Part shown: positions 18,584 through 60,611 of the stretch, piece after piece | Layout: each line of letters begins with the position of its first letter | Numbering within the stretch: the first letter of the stretch is position 1 | Assembly: GCA_963693365.1 (NCBI GenBank) | Contig: CAVNZM010000001.1 | Coordinates: 14,370,418-14,434,417 of the forward strand | Reading direction: 5' to 3' | DNA: 64,000 nt | Origin: Amoebidium appalachense | Lineage: Eukaryota > Protista > Ichthyosporea | The notes under the pieces: model-generated | What the model was told of the DNA's origin: nothing | Seen by the model: the letters and a program-made list of their open reading frames with translations, nothing else | Database searches by the model: none | Translations under genes and position numbers: made by a program

Positions 18584-19423
18584 AAAATCACGGCTAGCCA
18601 CAACCCAGCTTACCTGATTCATGCCCACAGCTGCCAGAGCCACGGCACCCGTGACTGGCATCACTGCAAAGCAAGAACATCGGTCAGATTCAGGTTCCAA
18701 AAAAGAGAGGAAGAAAGAAGAAAAGAAAGATGTTGCCGAAGAGAAGAGAGAGAGGAGAGATCGTGCCCCCTGCCCCCTGGACCTATTAACAGGCCAGAAA
18801 GGAGGAGGAGAGCCTAACTATGCTCAAAGCAACGGGTATCAAGGAGGCAAAAAAAAAAAAAAAAAAAAAAAAAAACACAGGAAAAAGAAGGGAAGGAAAG
18901 AAAAAGAACACATGAGACTCCATCAACCCAAAAACAAGCTACTGGCGCTTTGTGAAGCCGTCTATCCTAATGCACTGTGTATGTATGAAGCCGTTGGATC
19001 GTGCATTGTGTTACCAAACTCCTGAGTGCTGCCGTACGTGTGTGTGTCCGTTTAAGTGTCTGGAATGTATCTCCGCAAGTCCGTTAAGTAAAGTCAACGG
19101 TGTTCAAGAGGTCTATACGCCTTGGGTGTACTGTTTATGTGTTCAGTGTGTACGTGTGCCTGTGTGCGTCCCTATGTATCTGTGCTTATTAGTGTGTCTA
19201 TGTGCCCTTGTGCATTTTGTGTACATCTTTGTACAGGACGCTGCAGGACGTGTTTGCGCTGTGGTGATGCACCAGTGTAGTGGTTCAGCAGCATGCATGT
19301 TGGCTGTGTACGCTGCGACATGAAAAAACATCCTGTTTGCTCCGTTTGACAGATGTTATAAAAAAAGAGTCAACACAAAGTCTCACCAGCACGAAGGCCT
19401 GAGAAGGCTACAGGGGACAACAT
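10611..19423 (-). CDS. NDUFA9: NADH dehydrogenase (ubiquinone) 1 alpha subcomplex subunit 9 (39-kDa SDR-fold complex I subunit), about 368 aa
   Basis: 13 exons: 19387-19423, 18614-18663, 17717-17840, 16903-17000, 16357-16448, 15121-15262, 14482-14584, 13907-13974, 12865-12941, 12269-12364, 11736-11799, 11109-11183, 10611-10691 (1107 nt, all GT-AG, phases consistent). Diagnostic motifs: [33 protein letters not shown]...[37 protein letters not shown]...[16 protein letters not shown]. The N-terminus resembles a mitochondrial presequence. Confidence 0.96.
11901..12179 (+). mobile_element. Dispersed ~300-bp repeat embedded in (CA)n, copy 1 (NDUFA9 intron 10, antisense to the gene)
   Basis: Near-identical to 43444-43764 (cccgcgcgtg...ctatgccccaccaacctgcagcccccttacatattccatt...ctaccacgcaccagcacgagc...catgctgtacacatgtg), with (CA)n on both sides. 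Strand is arbitrary. Confidence 0.75.
14985..15110. repeat. 18-bp minisatellite (CGCATAATACTCCTTGCA), about 7 copies, at the 5' end of NDUFA9 intron 6
   Basis: Directly visible tandem units, degenerating toward both ends. Confidence 0.9.
17119..17255 (-). mobile_element. Poly-C-associated element, subfamily A, 5'-truncated copy (NDUFA9 intron 3)
   Basis: The reverse complement matches 27536-27673 (ccctgaggatgggctctgcttatgacgc...gttccgcattcaaa) and is followed by a C-run on the minus strand. Confidence 0.85.
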
Positions 19424-20022
19424 GTTGCCAGTCCTGTGTGGAAACAAAAAATTAACCTTCCTCCCTTTTGTGCACTCCCTCCCTCACTTTGATCGTGAAC
19501 AAACACGGTTTCCTATAGCATAAACTCTCTAACTCAGAACCAGGTATAAAAACTGAAGATGCACAAAAATACTCAAATTCTTCTTTTTACTCTTTCAGTA
19601 GCTTTAGAACCAAAAACATGGCCTCCGCCGAGGTTTGCACCCCACAAAGCTCCCTCCTTTTCGTGTCCCTCCAGTGGAGATGAAGTCAAGTTCCAAGGAT
19701 CATAAAATTCAAAAGGTCTACCCCAAAACAAGGTGTCACCCAGAGCTTTCAGAGACGCTGACCTCGCATACGCGTAAGCCTGTTTCCACTAACCCACACA
19801 CGCACGCACACACAGGCACACACTCACTTGAGAGCTGCCGCCTCTGTCCATCCGTGCCTGCGCGCGCAGAAAAGGAAAGCTGGCTGCGGGGGACATGTCC
19901 GCGTTCCGGTTCGGCGAGCACAAACGAGCCGGGTTTTCTAACTCGGCTAGTGGCCCGAACTGAGCTCACAGCACCTTGAACTGCCCGGTCACTCATCGGT
20001 ATATGCTATTTTTAGATCAACG

Positions 20023-22394
<2,372 letters not shown>

Positions 22395-22810
22395 AAAACG
22401 CCTGCACAGCGATCAGTGAATCATCAATCACCAAAAATATTTAGCTGTTTATGGTTAGCCAATATCTCTTCCTATTGGCGATGTTTTCTGGCGATCTTCC
22501 GCGAATGCGATCCGGACTTCGAAAACTTTCCGCCGTCCCACTAACGCAACACTCGAGGCCCGCGCTGGCTAGCTGGGAAGTAAGGTGATGGCAGAACATG
22601 ACAAGTCAAAGATCTGCCCCCACACATTGGACTGAATTCACAGAAACTAGGGCTATTTAGTACTTGTATTGTAAGCTCATTCTATGACACGGTAGTCCTT
22701 TTCTGATACAAACGACTGGTACTGTGCCACTCGAGTTACCGCGAGAGGTCTTCCCTTCCCATCACCCTTCTGTCACGCCGTGTGGCAGAAGGGACAGGGT
22801 CGAGTTAAAG

Positions 22811-48455
<25,645 letters not shown>

Positions 48456-49240
48456 CGTCATAGCCACAACCTCGGATGTGGCTGTTGTAGTTGACCGAAG
48501 GCTGTTCATGCATGCCGCACTTTTTGTTTGTTGTATTTGTCTTTGCGTTGCTAGCCGTTTCCGGTTTTCTTCTTGTCCTTTTCCCGTGATTTTGCCCGTC
48601 TTGCACAATCACAATAGCAGTTATATTGTTTGCGAGGCGGGGCGGTGCGGTGCAAGGGGAGGGTGGGGGGAGGGGCGGGGGGGGGGGAGGGGGGGGGGGG
48701 GAGGGGGGGGGGGTAGTATAATCTGCATTTCTGGGGTGTTTCTTAGGGGCCTGTCCGTGAGGATATAATTTTTTTTGTCTGTCTGTTATATGAAAGCTTT
48801 AATGCAATATAAAAGCGATAATGCAATGTATGTCGTGCCAAGTAGATCAGATGTAACGAGTCTCATGCATAAGACAAAACGTAGAACACCGTGAACACAC
48901 ACACGCACATGCACACACACAGGTCTTGAATTTCTGAAGTTTGCAGGGATATTGTCGTGCGGATGATTAGGAATCACAGTTATTGATGTGCAAAAAAAAA
49001 AAAATAACCAGCTTAGATGAGATCAGAAAATTGCAATGTGTCTTGAGTACTCTCCTAGCCATAACGGTTGCCAGCTAGTTTATCTCCATGTTGCCCCTAC
49101 TTCAGAAATCTCCCGATTTGGCAATAAATTGTGGTCGACAAGCACTCCGAGTAGGAGGCCTTGCAAGAATTGATTTCCATATTTGGGCACTGGTTGGCCC
49201 CAAATGTCGGCCCTGCTGCATGATGACGCTGCCTAGGGGG

Positions 49241-49272
<32 letters not shown>

Positions 49273-49542
49273 AGTATGTTTCAGTCAGAATCCTTGTATG
49301 GCCTCACTGCGGTGGCGGGGAAATGTGATAGCCTACATTGCGTAGACCAATGCCATAATCACACCAATTCGAATCCAATATGTTTACTTGCTCTCAGTGT
49401 GGCGGGCCGGAGGCGCAATACGTACCGGTGTTCGAGGATCACTTGCAGTAGTGTGTTTGCAAAAGGTGGGAAGGTGTGTATGTATGTGGGTGTGGGAATA
49501 CATAAGGGTGGGGACCCCGTGTGTGTGTGTGTGTATGTGTGT

Positions 49543-49589
<47 letters not shown>

Positions 49590-49894
49590 CGCGCACGCGT
49601 ACGCGCCTGTGTGTCCACGTGTGCGTGTGTGTGTGTGTGTGTGTGAGTGTTATTCTGTACACGTGTGTGTGTGTGTGTGTCATGGGATGATATGTATCTG
49701 TCTGCCAGGCTGTCTGTCTCCCCCCCCCCCCCCACACACACACACACACACAGACACACATACCCTCACCCCCCCCCCATCCCCCCTCCCCCCCCTCCCC
49801 CCCCCCCCCCCCCTCCCCTCCTGAACGATTAAAAAGAGAGGGAGAGGAATTTATTCGTATTGAATTTGGGTCCGGAAATCTGAAGGGGAGGTTT

Positions 49895-49972
<78 letters not shown>

Positions 49973-50002
49973 GGGTGGGGAGGGGGGAGAGGGGGGGGGG
50001 GA

Positions 50003-50054
<52 letters not shown>

Positions 50055-50151
50055 GTCTTTTCCGAGAAACATTGATGGCCATGGGCTAGCCTAGTAGCCC
50101 ACGGAAGAGAATTCGAAGGAGAAGGTTGGGGAAGGGTGGAGAAGGGGGGAG

Positions 50152-50187
<36 letters not shown>

Positions 50188-50975
50188 GCATATAAATTTC
50201 TTCCGACTACCTGTAAACACATGCGATGAGATAAATAATATTATAGTACGTAATGTGTAGTAATGGCCATTGGATCAACACTGATTGTGTGACAGACACC
50301 GGTTAAATCGTAATGCATCCCAATTATATTTATGGATTAGTTATGTAGACGATCGATGGCTAAAATCGATCTCTTGGATCCGGAACGGATCATCCTTTTC
50401 ATTTAATAAAGGTCAAGGTATCGGCTGAGCAAGATTTAAGGTGCAGATCGATAATCTAATATTACATGCGATTTAAAAATAGACTGAGAAAACATCAATA
50501 ACCCTACTACAGGCAACGTGTATGCATTTTTGCGCGATGGTTATAATCAATCATCCAATAGGAATCCACGTTTATGAGAAGCACAGGCTGTGTGTGTAGA
50601 AACGGGGGGGAAGGTGGGGGGAGGGGACACAAATATGCAAGCATAAATACCTACAACAAATCAAAAATATACAGATGCCCCCGTAGATCTCACTATTACA
50701 CAAGGCGAAGTTCGATATGCAAACGGGGTTTACGCTGTTTACTCGAGGCAAAGAGAGACCAGTCTCAGGTATGGGGGTTTTTGCTCGGAATATCCCCTCA
50801 GCGGTATATCATGATCAAGTACATAGATGTCGGCTGTTGATATATATCAGGGTCACAAAGTTTCTTACTCTACGAAGCACCATAAAGACTAAGAAAATCA
50901 ATTAGTTGGGTTCCCCGTTTTTTTTTGGTTTTTTTTCCTTTTTTCCGGGCTCCCCTGGGACACTCGGTATCAGCT

Positions 50976-51011
<36 letters not shown>

Positions 51012-51338
51012 TGTGTGTGCTAGATTTTGTAATGATGTGTTTCTCAAGCCAATCAATACATCTAAGAAACAGGTCATAGTTACGTGTGTTTAGTATGAAA
51101 TCAAGGATGTTGTATTTTTCAGGTAGGCTATCTTTCTGGGTGTCTGTTGTGAATGTGTCGTGTGTGTGCTGCGGTATTATGTAGTCTATCAAACTATGCA
51201 TTTGGCAATACATGACCGTTTAAACTGGTGTGTGTGTGTGTGTTGTTTGGGCATGCAAACGATGCCACCTTTTACTTATTAGTTCTCCACTGTATAGCAC
51301 GTGTACAGTATATGCAAACACCCGTAATAAACAACCAT

Positions 51339-52573
51339 TTACTTGCCATGTGTGCACCCGACCATCGTGTCGTGCCACCAGGGTTGGAAACCCCAGCTCT
51401 TAACTTCCTGCGTGACCGCGGGCGACAGATTCCACAACCACGCCTTATTTAGGTAATCGGTGAGATCGCGCTTCACGATCCGACAAAACCTCTTAGCAAA
51501 TTCGTCAAATTTCTTCTGATCGGTATCGAACATAGTATCGCTATTTGGCAATCTCTGATACTCCCCATACAATTGACGAATGGATTCCCACCCGAACCCC
51601 TCGCGCAACTGAACCAAATTTTCCAAGAAAATAAACGGGTCTTCGGTCGCGCTTTGACACCAACTCTGCCGAAGTTCCGGTCTTTCCGCCTTTCTCAGGT
51701 GTGTCCCTTCCGGAATTTCATCCATCTCCCACCGTCTTATCCCCCAAATCATCTCTTCGGCGTGGAGAATGTAGAGATTGTTCGAAACTTCGCCCCATTT
51801 CGAGGGCATGTGGGGTCCCCACTGCCAATCGTGGCCCAATTCGTGCAAAACCCCCCACATGGAATCGTCGATCCACCTCGCTTTTACGTTTGCGTAAAAA
51901 AGGGTCGCCACGACGTCATCGTAATCGAACGCCATGACCGGGTAGCCCGAATGCATCCACCCGACCGAGATCTGCCGGTCGAAGGTGATCCGATCTTCGC
52001 GCGATCTGAGGACGGTGTTGTTGGCCAACTGCGGATATGTGTCCATAATTTTGGTCCAAAAGGCCGCAAGGGCCGTCAGGTCAACATTGGTGCGGAACGA
52101 TTTTGTGGGGAGGGTGAAGGTGAGGGATCGGGTGATGAATTCAGCGATTGGCGGGTAGTTGGCGAGGTTTGCGGCCTGCGTTTTGAATGCCTGCCGATGT
52201 GAAGAAGCGCAAAGCGTTAATTAGGATGGGGATTGAGGAAAGGCCTCGTGGGGTTTAGCTGAAAGGAGGGGGAGGTGGTGGTTGGGGGGGGGGGGGGGGG
52301 GGAAGGGGGGAGAGGGGGAGAATGTGTTACAGAGTGAGAAGTACACTTTAAAAGCGGACAACACAATGCAGTCACGATGCAGTCAATGCACACGGCAGGA
52401 GGGGGAGGGAGCAGGCCTGGGGGAAGTGAGGCACTGAGGGGACGGAATGGTTCAACTCCAAACGGTGTTATGTGAGAGCAGGGGATGCGGCAAAAAAATC
52501 AACCATGGCCTTCAAATGATACCCGACACATTCATGTGTGTGTGTGTGCATTTGGGTGGGACTTGTGCCCGCA

Positions 52574-52608
<35 letters not shown>

Positions 52609-52620
52609 GTGTGTGTGTGT

Positions 52621-52670
<50 letters not shown>

Positions 52671-53683
52671 GGGGGGGGGAGTCGGGCAAGAAGGGTTGAT
52701 GACCAAGGCTACATGTGCAGGTTTGTCGGCACAGAGTCAAGATATACGGGTACTAAGAATCACGGTCATATCATTCTCTGCAGCTTTGGGCCATGCTAGG
52801 GAGGGAGATCACAAAAAAATGGCACGGAGAAAAGCCACACGATCTTCAATTCCTTAAAAAAAGGGGGGGGGGATTTGAACCCACGAGATTTTTGAGGCAA
52901 AGGGCCGGCCACACACTAAAGGGACAGAAGGACAAAAGTTGTTCCAAACAGAGATATTATACAGATCTTACAGATCTAGAGAGACAGAAAGGGGGATCTT
53001 ACAGCGTCATTGGTAACACCTTGCCTGTATGTGAGCATATCGACAGCCCCTCCAATCACGACCCTAGCCGCCCTCTTTTGGGTACCGACTGGGACGGCAA
53101 CATAAATTGGACCACCGTACGGGGACGCGATCTGGACCGTTTCCTTTGTAATCGGATAGTATCGCGCGATCGGACCCGGAAATCGCTCCCAGGCTTCACG
53201 GTCCCAGATCGAATCGTAGTTGATCCCAATCTTGATGCCGATCTGACCAATCAAAGTCGTTGGAACGGTAATCGTGACGATTTCATTGGGCGCCGCGTAC
53301 AAACCGGTAGACCGGAGAGCCGGGTCATCGTTTCCACCCCCGCCCCACCGGCCGTCCAGGCCGACGTGTGACGCGTTGATATCCACTGAACGAGATAGTA
53401 TACGTGAGATAGTCTTGGCTACCGGCCCGGGATAATACAACATGCTGGGGGTGGGTATTTTCACGACTTCGGCTGGGGGTAAAATCGACATGATCACGTC
53501 TTGCACCGAAAACAGACCCGCGGCCACCTTGTCTGAGCTGTGGACGGGTGGGGTAATGGCCCACACTGATTGGTCGGTTTTGAGCAGGGCCAGTGCCTGG
53601 TAGATGACGACACCGAGACGGGATGATGCGGCCCATACGTCTGTGGTTAGAGAGAAAGGGTGGGGGGGGGGGGGGGGGGGGGG

Positions 53684-53733
<50 letters not shown>

Positions 53734-53769
53734 GTGTTTGTGTGTGTGTGTGTGTAGGTGTGTGTGGGC

Positions 53770-53814
<45 letters not shown>

Positions 53815-54467
53815 AGCGGGTGATTGCCGCAAAGAGGGTGAGGGTGGGGAATGTGCAAGAAGGGGGAGGGGGGGGGGGGGAGGGGGGGAGAGGGGAAGAA
53901 TGGGGGGAAAGGGGGGATGGTGGATTTAACGGGTTTAAGTGGCTGATGGAGTGAAAGGGTTTGGGTTAGTACACAAAGCGTAGGCTATATTCGTACACTA
54001 GTGGTTCGAGGTAGGTAAGATACACAGGAAGACGTGAACATGACACACATATCGTGTTTTCACCATGTACACTTCAAAAACCTGGGCAACCGAAGGCAAG
54101 GAAGGAAAGTTTGTGGGGGGGGCGGAGGGGAGAAGGGGGGGGGGAGGGGGGGGGTTAGGGGGAGGGGGGCGGGCTAGTTTGCCTAGGCCACTGCATGAGA
54201 GTGCCCGCTTCGATGAAGATAGAAAGGTCTGGGTGCAAAATGAACAGAAATTGACACTGGCAGGAAGATCTAGAGGATGTACAGTCTAACAGGGAATGAT
54301 GAGAAGGAGAAAAGAGAAGAGCAGAAGGCATGGGAACATGTTGCTACGTCACAGAAAGGGTGGGTGTCCGGGATGAAGAAGGGGGGGAAGAAGGGTGGGG
54401 AAGGGGTTGCGGGGGGAGGGAGGGGAGAAGATTTAAAGGATGCAACAATGGCAGTGGTGGTGGCAGG

Positions 54468-54542
<75 letters not shown>

Positions 54543-55365
54543 GGGGGAGGGGGGGGGGGGGAAAGGGGAGGGAGAGGGAGGGAAGGAGAAGTAGGGGTAG
54601 GGGAGAGGGGAAGGAAGGGAAGGGAGGGGAGGGTAAGGAGGGAAAAGGGCGGGCCAGATGCTGGGGAAGGGGGGGGGGAGAGAGAGAGAGGAGGCAGCAT
54701 ACCGGAGAATAGGCGCCAGGGTTGGAGCATAGGACCGAGGGTCTGGAGAGCGGCACCGAGAGCAACATCATCACGAGAGGTTCCGATTCGTCGGTTGACA
54801 ACCAATCGGATCGCTTGGAGCACGCCTTCGATGTTTTCATTGGTTGGCCGTGTCGCTGGCATGGTGATTTGTTTGATCTCGAGGTAATCGTCCGATACTG
54901 CGATACCATCTTGCCAAAAGATCTTGTTGAAGGTCGATTTTGTCCCTCCTCCATAGTACCAACCGTGGCCTCCGGTGATCAAAACACCGCCCTGTTGTCG
55001 AGAAATGGTTTATGTTTAAGAGTGGGTACTACAAATTGAAATAGACAACCTATTATAATTATAATCCATTTAAACGCCTTTTTTGAACTAGTGCAAAAGA
55101 GCGACGGTGCTAATGATTGGTCAGATTCTGAAATGTAGATCTGGCTCATCAATTTGCGAAATTTGCATTTGTGATTGGGTTGAACGCTGATTGAACCAAT
55201 CGCTGCGCTTTAACTAACTGCGTTTGCACCTCCTCTGAGCCAAGATTTTGGACTTCCCTATGAATAGTACCACGACACTTTGCGACGTGGGTTTGCTCTT
55301 TTGACTGTTTCTGTACTCTTTTTGGTAAACATTTGGGGTGGGGATGGGCAGGCGAGAGGGGTGAA

Positions 55366-55402
<37 letters not shown>

Positions 55403-56170
55403 CGGGGTGGAAATGGAATGTGGCACAGAGTGTTAGAAGCACAAGTCTACAACGAGTAGTTGTATTGCAATCCCATTCTGGAAAAGGACACACACCAGTG
55501 TGTATTATACCAGAGCTCATCTGGGACCAAGAGATGGAGGGGGGGGGGGGAGAACAGAGAGAGCGAGAGAGAGTGAGGGGTTTTTTTCTTGGGGGGGGGG
55601 GGGGGGGGGGGGAGATACCAAAGGGGTGGTTGGGGGAGGGGGGGGGAGGGGGGGGAGGGGGGGGTGTTAGCTACCTTGCTCACAAAGTTTCTCAAGTCAG
55701 CAGTAACGTCGTAGGCTGCCGTAAAGTAAATATCCGCCTTGAGCCCCCCCGCTCCGACCAAACTTTCAGGGGCCATCATTTGTGCATTGGCTAATTTCAG
55801 CTTGAAATTCAGTTCCGCAAAATGATCGCTGAACCCCTCACTATATCCAACCGTCTTGAACCCCCTTCTCAAGGCTTTCATAACGTTGGAAACCAAGTCG
55901 GAATTTGCCGAAATTAGCCCCTCGTGTCCGAAATTCAAAACCCAACCAGACCCCACGGGGCTCAAAACCGCAAAGGGAAGGGACTGGCCGTTGCTTTTTG
56001 CTGTTGCTAGGGAGATACCGCTGGGGTGTAGGGAGGACACGGATGAACTTCCCAACCCGGAAGAATCGGAAAAAGTAACTCCGGAAAGTGAGGACTGGTA
56101 GATGCTGTCCAGTTGGACTTTGGTGCAAGTGCCTCCGTATAGGCAGGTGTTGGGGGCTGTCCGTGTGTGT

Positions 56171-56243
<73 letters not shown>

Positions 56244-56507
56244 GAAGAGGGGGGGGGGGGGGGGTTGGTTCCGGTGGTGGTGGCGGTGACAGGGGAGTAG
56301 CGAAGGGGGGTCGATAAGTAAAGATGTTATTGTACGAGATTATGCTTAAAGATAGAGGATATACCAAAAACGATTTTTTTTGACAGCTAAAAGGCATCAC
56401 TACATGCTCCTCATGGATTAGCATTAATAAGGTAAAAGAGGAGCAGACACGCTGTAAATAGTTCAAACCCTTTCAATTAGTGTCCCTCATAAGACCCCCT
56501 TCCCCCG

Positions 56508-56543
<36 letters not shown>

Positions 56544-57021
56544 ATCCCAAACACACACAAAATAAAGAGCGAGCAAAATGGATACCTATGTGGGGTGATC
56601 GTAGTGAATCTCTTAAGGAATTTTCCTACCTCGGGTACGAGTAGTTGGGTGCGCGAACGGGTTGGTGGGTGGGTGTGGTGCTGATGATCATGTGGTGTGT
56701 GCAGGTGCATGTGCATGTGCATGTGTATGTGTATGTGTGTTTGGGAGGGACGGAGGGGGGGAAGAGAGGGGGGGGGGGGGGGGGGGGGAGGGGGAGGGGG
56801 GAGGGGGGAGGGGGTATCTTACGTGGGACCCCAAAGACCTCCACTTCACACAGTGCTAGAACGCCAAAATCTGAGCGTGCGATGCGCACCTTCCTGCCCA
56901 CCATGTTGCATGTGGCATCTAAATATAGACTCCGCTTGCTGGCAATGTACACAAGAGGTTGTCCGCACTTACGACCATCCAGATACACCTGTCAGAAAGG
57001 AGATAACCGGTAAGAAATAAA

Positions 57022-57052
<31 letters not shown>

Positions 57053-57181
57053 TCCTCCCCTCCCATCTCCTCCTCCTTTCCCCTCCCTTGTTTTTTTTCT
57101 CCCTACTCCCCCATTCCTAAGATATGGTATTGTTACAAAAGTGTGCGGGTGCATAGACATCCAGGCGGGTGGGCACAGTGT

Positions 57182-57229
<48 letters not shown>

Positions 57230-57475
57230 ACACAAACCTGAGCTCCTGTGATGCGATCTTGACAGCAGTCCTGGCGATTATAGACCTATAAAAAAAAACA
57301 AATAAAAAAAAATAGGGTTAGCTGAATGCTTTAATATGGTTATTTAATAAAAATAGTCACACGCAATAATATTAAGCTCACCTAAGGCTGAAAATGGTAT
57401 GATGGAAAAGGCGACCAAAATGTGCCATCGCGAAACAAAAGCCTCCCCCCCCGCCCCTCCCCCCCCCCCACCACC

Positions 57476-57538
<63 letters not shown>

Positions 57539-58707
57539 CCAGGAGGGATCAACCACAGTGTAAACTTTCATCGTTTAGAGTGGCCTACACACACTCGGCT
57601 GGTCTCCCTTGCATTTCGCTCCTCAAGCCCCAACCTACGCAAAACCAACCAACTCTTCTCGAGATGAGAGATTTGTTGTTGCTAATATAGGTTGCCCGCA
57701 CATTTTGTGCATTTACACTTTCTTCTTCCAATTTATCCAAGCTCATTAATAATTTAACGTAAGCGAATATCGTAAAAAGGGGACGGGGGTTGGCCTGAAT
57801 TAATGAAGGTTACCCAAAGAATGTCCCCCCCCCCCCCCCCCCTCCTCCCCAACCCGTCCCCCCTTCCCCCCTCCCCTCCCCCCCCCCCCCCCCCATTCCC
57901 TTCCCGTCCCCCCCCCCCCCCCCCCCCCCCCCCCTCCCCCCAATTAAAAAAAAGAAAAAGAAAAGAAAAGGTGCACACCTACCCTGACAGTTGAAATAGT
58001 AAAATTCGTCAACAGGTCAACCTCCCACCAGGGGGCCGCGGTGCCCGTGGTGGCCGTGTGTGAACAGCTGTTCAATCTGAAATTTCCATTTCTATTTCCG
58101 TCCACGGCGCGGTAGGACGCGGCGTTAAAGGCGGTGCTACTCTGTTTGGTGGGTTTCTTTAACGCCACATTGGTGGGGGTTGCTGCCCTTTCTGTTAATG
58201 ACAAATTGTTAAAGGGAAGTGGATGTAGCGAGATTACTAGTAGTAGGGAGGTTTTCTGGGATATCCAATGTAATGTGAGGAAGGGAAGAAGAGGTGAAGT
58301 TATTACATTTTTGAGTAATTTTTTTCGAGAAGCTTTTCTTTTCCCACGCGGTTATCTGAGACTTCCTCCTCTCTCTTGCTATATCCCCCTCCCCTCCTCT
58401 CCCCCTCCCCCCTTCCCCCCCCCCCCCCTCTTTTTTTATGTGGGTAGACGGAGAGGGGGGGGGGGGGGGGGGGAGAGAGGGGGGGGGGGGGGGGGGGGAG
58501 GGAGCGAGGGGTCTATTTCGATGGAGCACTTCGCACAAAGTCAGCTTGTTGCCAAGGGTATGCAGTTGTGTGCGCACACATCTGACTGTGTACAGCCATG
58601 GCATTTAGTGTGTGCAATGGTGTCTGTCATTCTCTTGTGTGCATCCCCCTTTTGAGGTTGGAGCGGATAAACAAATGTGCATGTCTACGCAAAAAAAGTG
58701 TGTTTAA

Positions 58708-58742
<35 letters not shown>

Positions 58743-59695
58743 CCGGGACCCCTCTCTGTTTTTCATTTTTTTTTTTTTTTTTTTGTCCTCCTCCGAACGG
58801 GTGTTCCTCACTGCCGCCTCTAGTTGTGTCACCGGGCCCGAATGTGAATACATAGGTTTTGGAAAGAGTGCGGTGCCCATACATATTCTGCAGGCGGTTT
58901 CCGTTCAACAAGTTCAATTGCAAAGTTTGTCACTTTAATCATTTTACAAAGTAGGAAGAAGTTCGGAACACAAAGCAAGAATAGTTTTGCCTCATGTGTG
59001 GATATGTTATCACCCACATTGCCAAGACTCTGGTGTATGCGATAGTGACCACCTTCTGAGAGGAGGAAGATTAGATTTTTCGTGACTGATTCATGGAAGT
59101 AGACTTCTGATGAACACTGGTCCCTCATTCCCACCAGGAAAAATCATCTTATTCATTTACTAATATGATACTTTCTCTACCAATTTCCAAATTTCAGAGT
59201 CATTGGGATTTGACTGTTCTTTCCGCTGTGTGTGCAGCTAGCGTGAGCGGCCCAAGGTGTGCTTGTTACGGTGATAGTTTCCGGGAGTATCCCTCAAAAT
59301 TATGGGAACGTGTAGCCATGAATTCTGTCTGATACCTGCACAACTCGGAGTCTCAGAGCAAACTACTTTTATTTCAAGCATGGTGCGTGTGGGAGTCCAC
59401 CCTACTACGGTATACGACAAGCGTGTGTTGAACTGGTCACGTTTAGCCGCAGTGAAACTGTATGCATGTTGTTCTCTGTGTGGTATTGCTTCTTTGCTGT
59501 TATTTATATATATATTTTTTTTTTTGGTCCGGGGGGGGGGGGGGTGGGGGGGTTTCGAAATATTTATTCCACAGGGGGAAGAAACACACCTGTGCGAGAA
59601 GATTTGGCTGTAGTGCCTGCATCCTCTGCAAGAGAAAGGCCTGATACGGCGTGGAGAAGACAAATCAAAGCTGGTAGCCAGTTCACAGCATGCAT
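51339..59695 (-). CDS. Secreted M60-like (TCAF/FAM115-related) zinc metallopeptidase with an N-terminal F-type lectin (fucolectin) domain, about 929 aa
   Basis: 8 exons: 59590-59695, 57983-58191, 57238-57285, 56823-56988, 55675-56156, 54703-54991, 53003-53640, 51339-52190 (2790 nt, GT-AG, phases consistent). Signal-peptide-like [24 protein letters not shown]-lectin motifs: [48 protein letters not shown]-like [13 protein letters not shown]60 N-domain STGLYAAP...SPYGGPIYV. Catalytic region [14 protein letters not shown]...[10 protein letters not shown]13-E. Confidence 0.9.
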
Positions 59696-60611
59696 GATGG
59701 CATTATTCGTGAACTCGAGACATACAGTAGTATTTTTTATTAGAGGCCCGGGTGTATAGGTGTAGCAGAACAATTTACGGTAATAATAATAGCGGGGGCA
59801 ATCCTCACAGGGTCCTTATATAAACAGCCAATAAGTTTTTTTCTACGCTGTGACTGACATGTGGTAGTGCCGGAGTGCCAGTGCACAACTACACGTGGCA
59901 TGTGTCTGTTAGGCTCTTATTATGCATTACATGTAGAGTTCACGTGACTGCTCAAACTGACTGAGTGATCATGAGCAATGACGGCAGTGATGAAGGGCTA
60001 CAAATAGGTTTCTAAGATTCCCGTAAGCGTAACAGTTCAAGGTTAGGTTCACTGATTTTTCAACATATACACTTGGCGCCATACTATCATGGTCGATTGC
60101 TCAGAGAAAACTAAGTCTTCAGCCGTCTGGACGCATGCCATCTATTACATTTACATATGACGATCCAGTCTGGGGGGGCCCCCAACTTGAAAACGACACC
60201 AATTGCACACCCTAGACAGAAAGCGGCAGGCTCGCCGCTCGGGCCTCAACAGCATTCCTCGGATCTATGAGTGACTATGAGATTTAGAATCTAATCTTTT
60301 TGGCCAATCAAAAGGTCCATTCATGGTGTAATCATTATGCAGTTGGTGAGATTAGGTACTGCACCTTGAAAAAAGGTGTAACAAAAGACTAAGATGACTG
60401 AGGTTGGCAGACCTTGTCATTTTTTACCCTCTTACCCTTTCTTTTGTTTATTTTGGGTTTTTTCGATAGGGCTGGGGGCCTGGGGCTTCGCTGTAAGAAG
60501 CTGAAAGGCTCAAAGATCTGCCATCGTGAACTTGACCTGCGCCATGCCAAGATGAGGTACGATAAAATACACCAATCATAGAGCTGCACTGCACTGTGTA
60601 CCCGCCTCCAC

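Noticed and set aside
52181-52190. GCATTCAAAA on the minus strand matching the element's 3' end
   Set aside because: It is the first codons (Ala-Phe-Lys) of the last M60 exon, with no further homology and no C-run.
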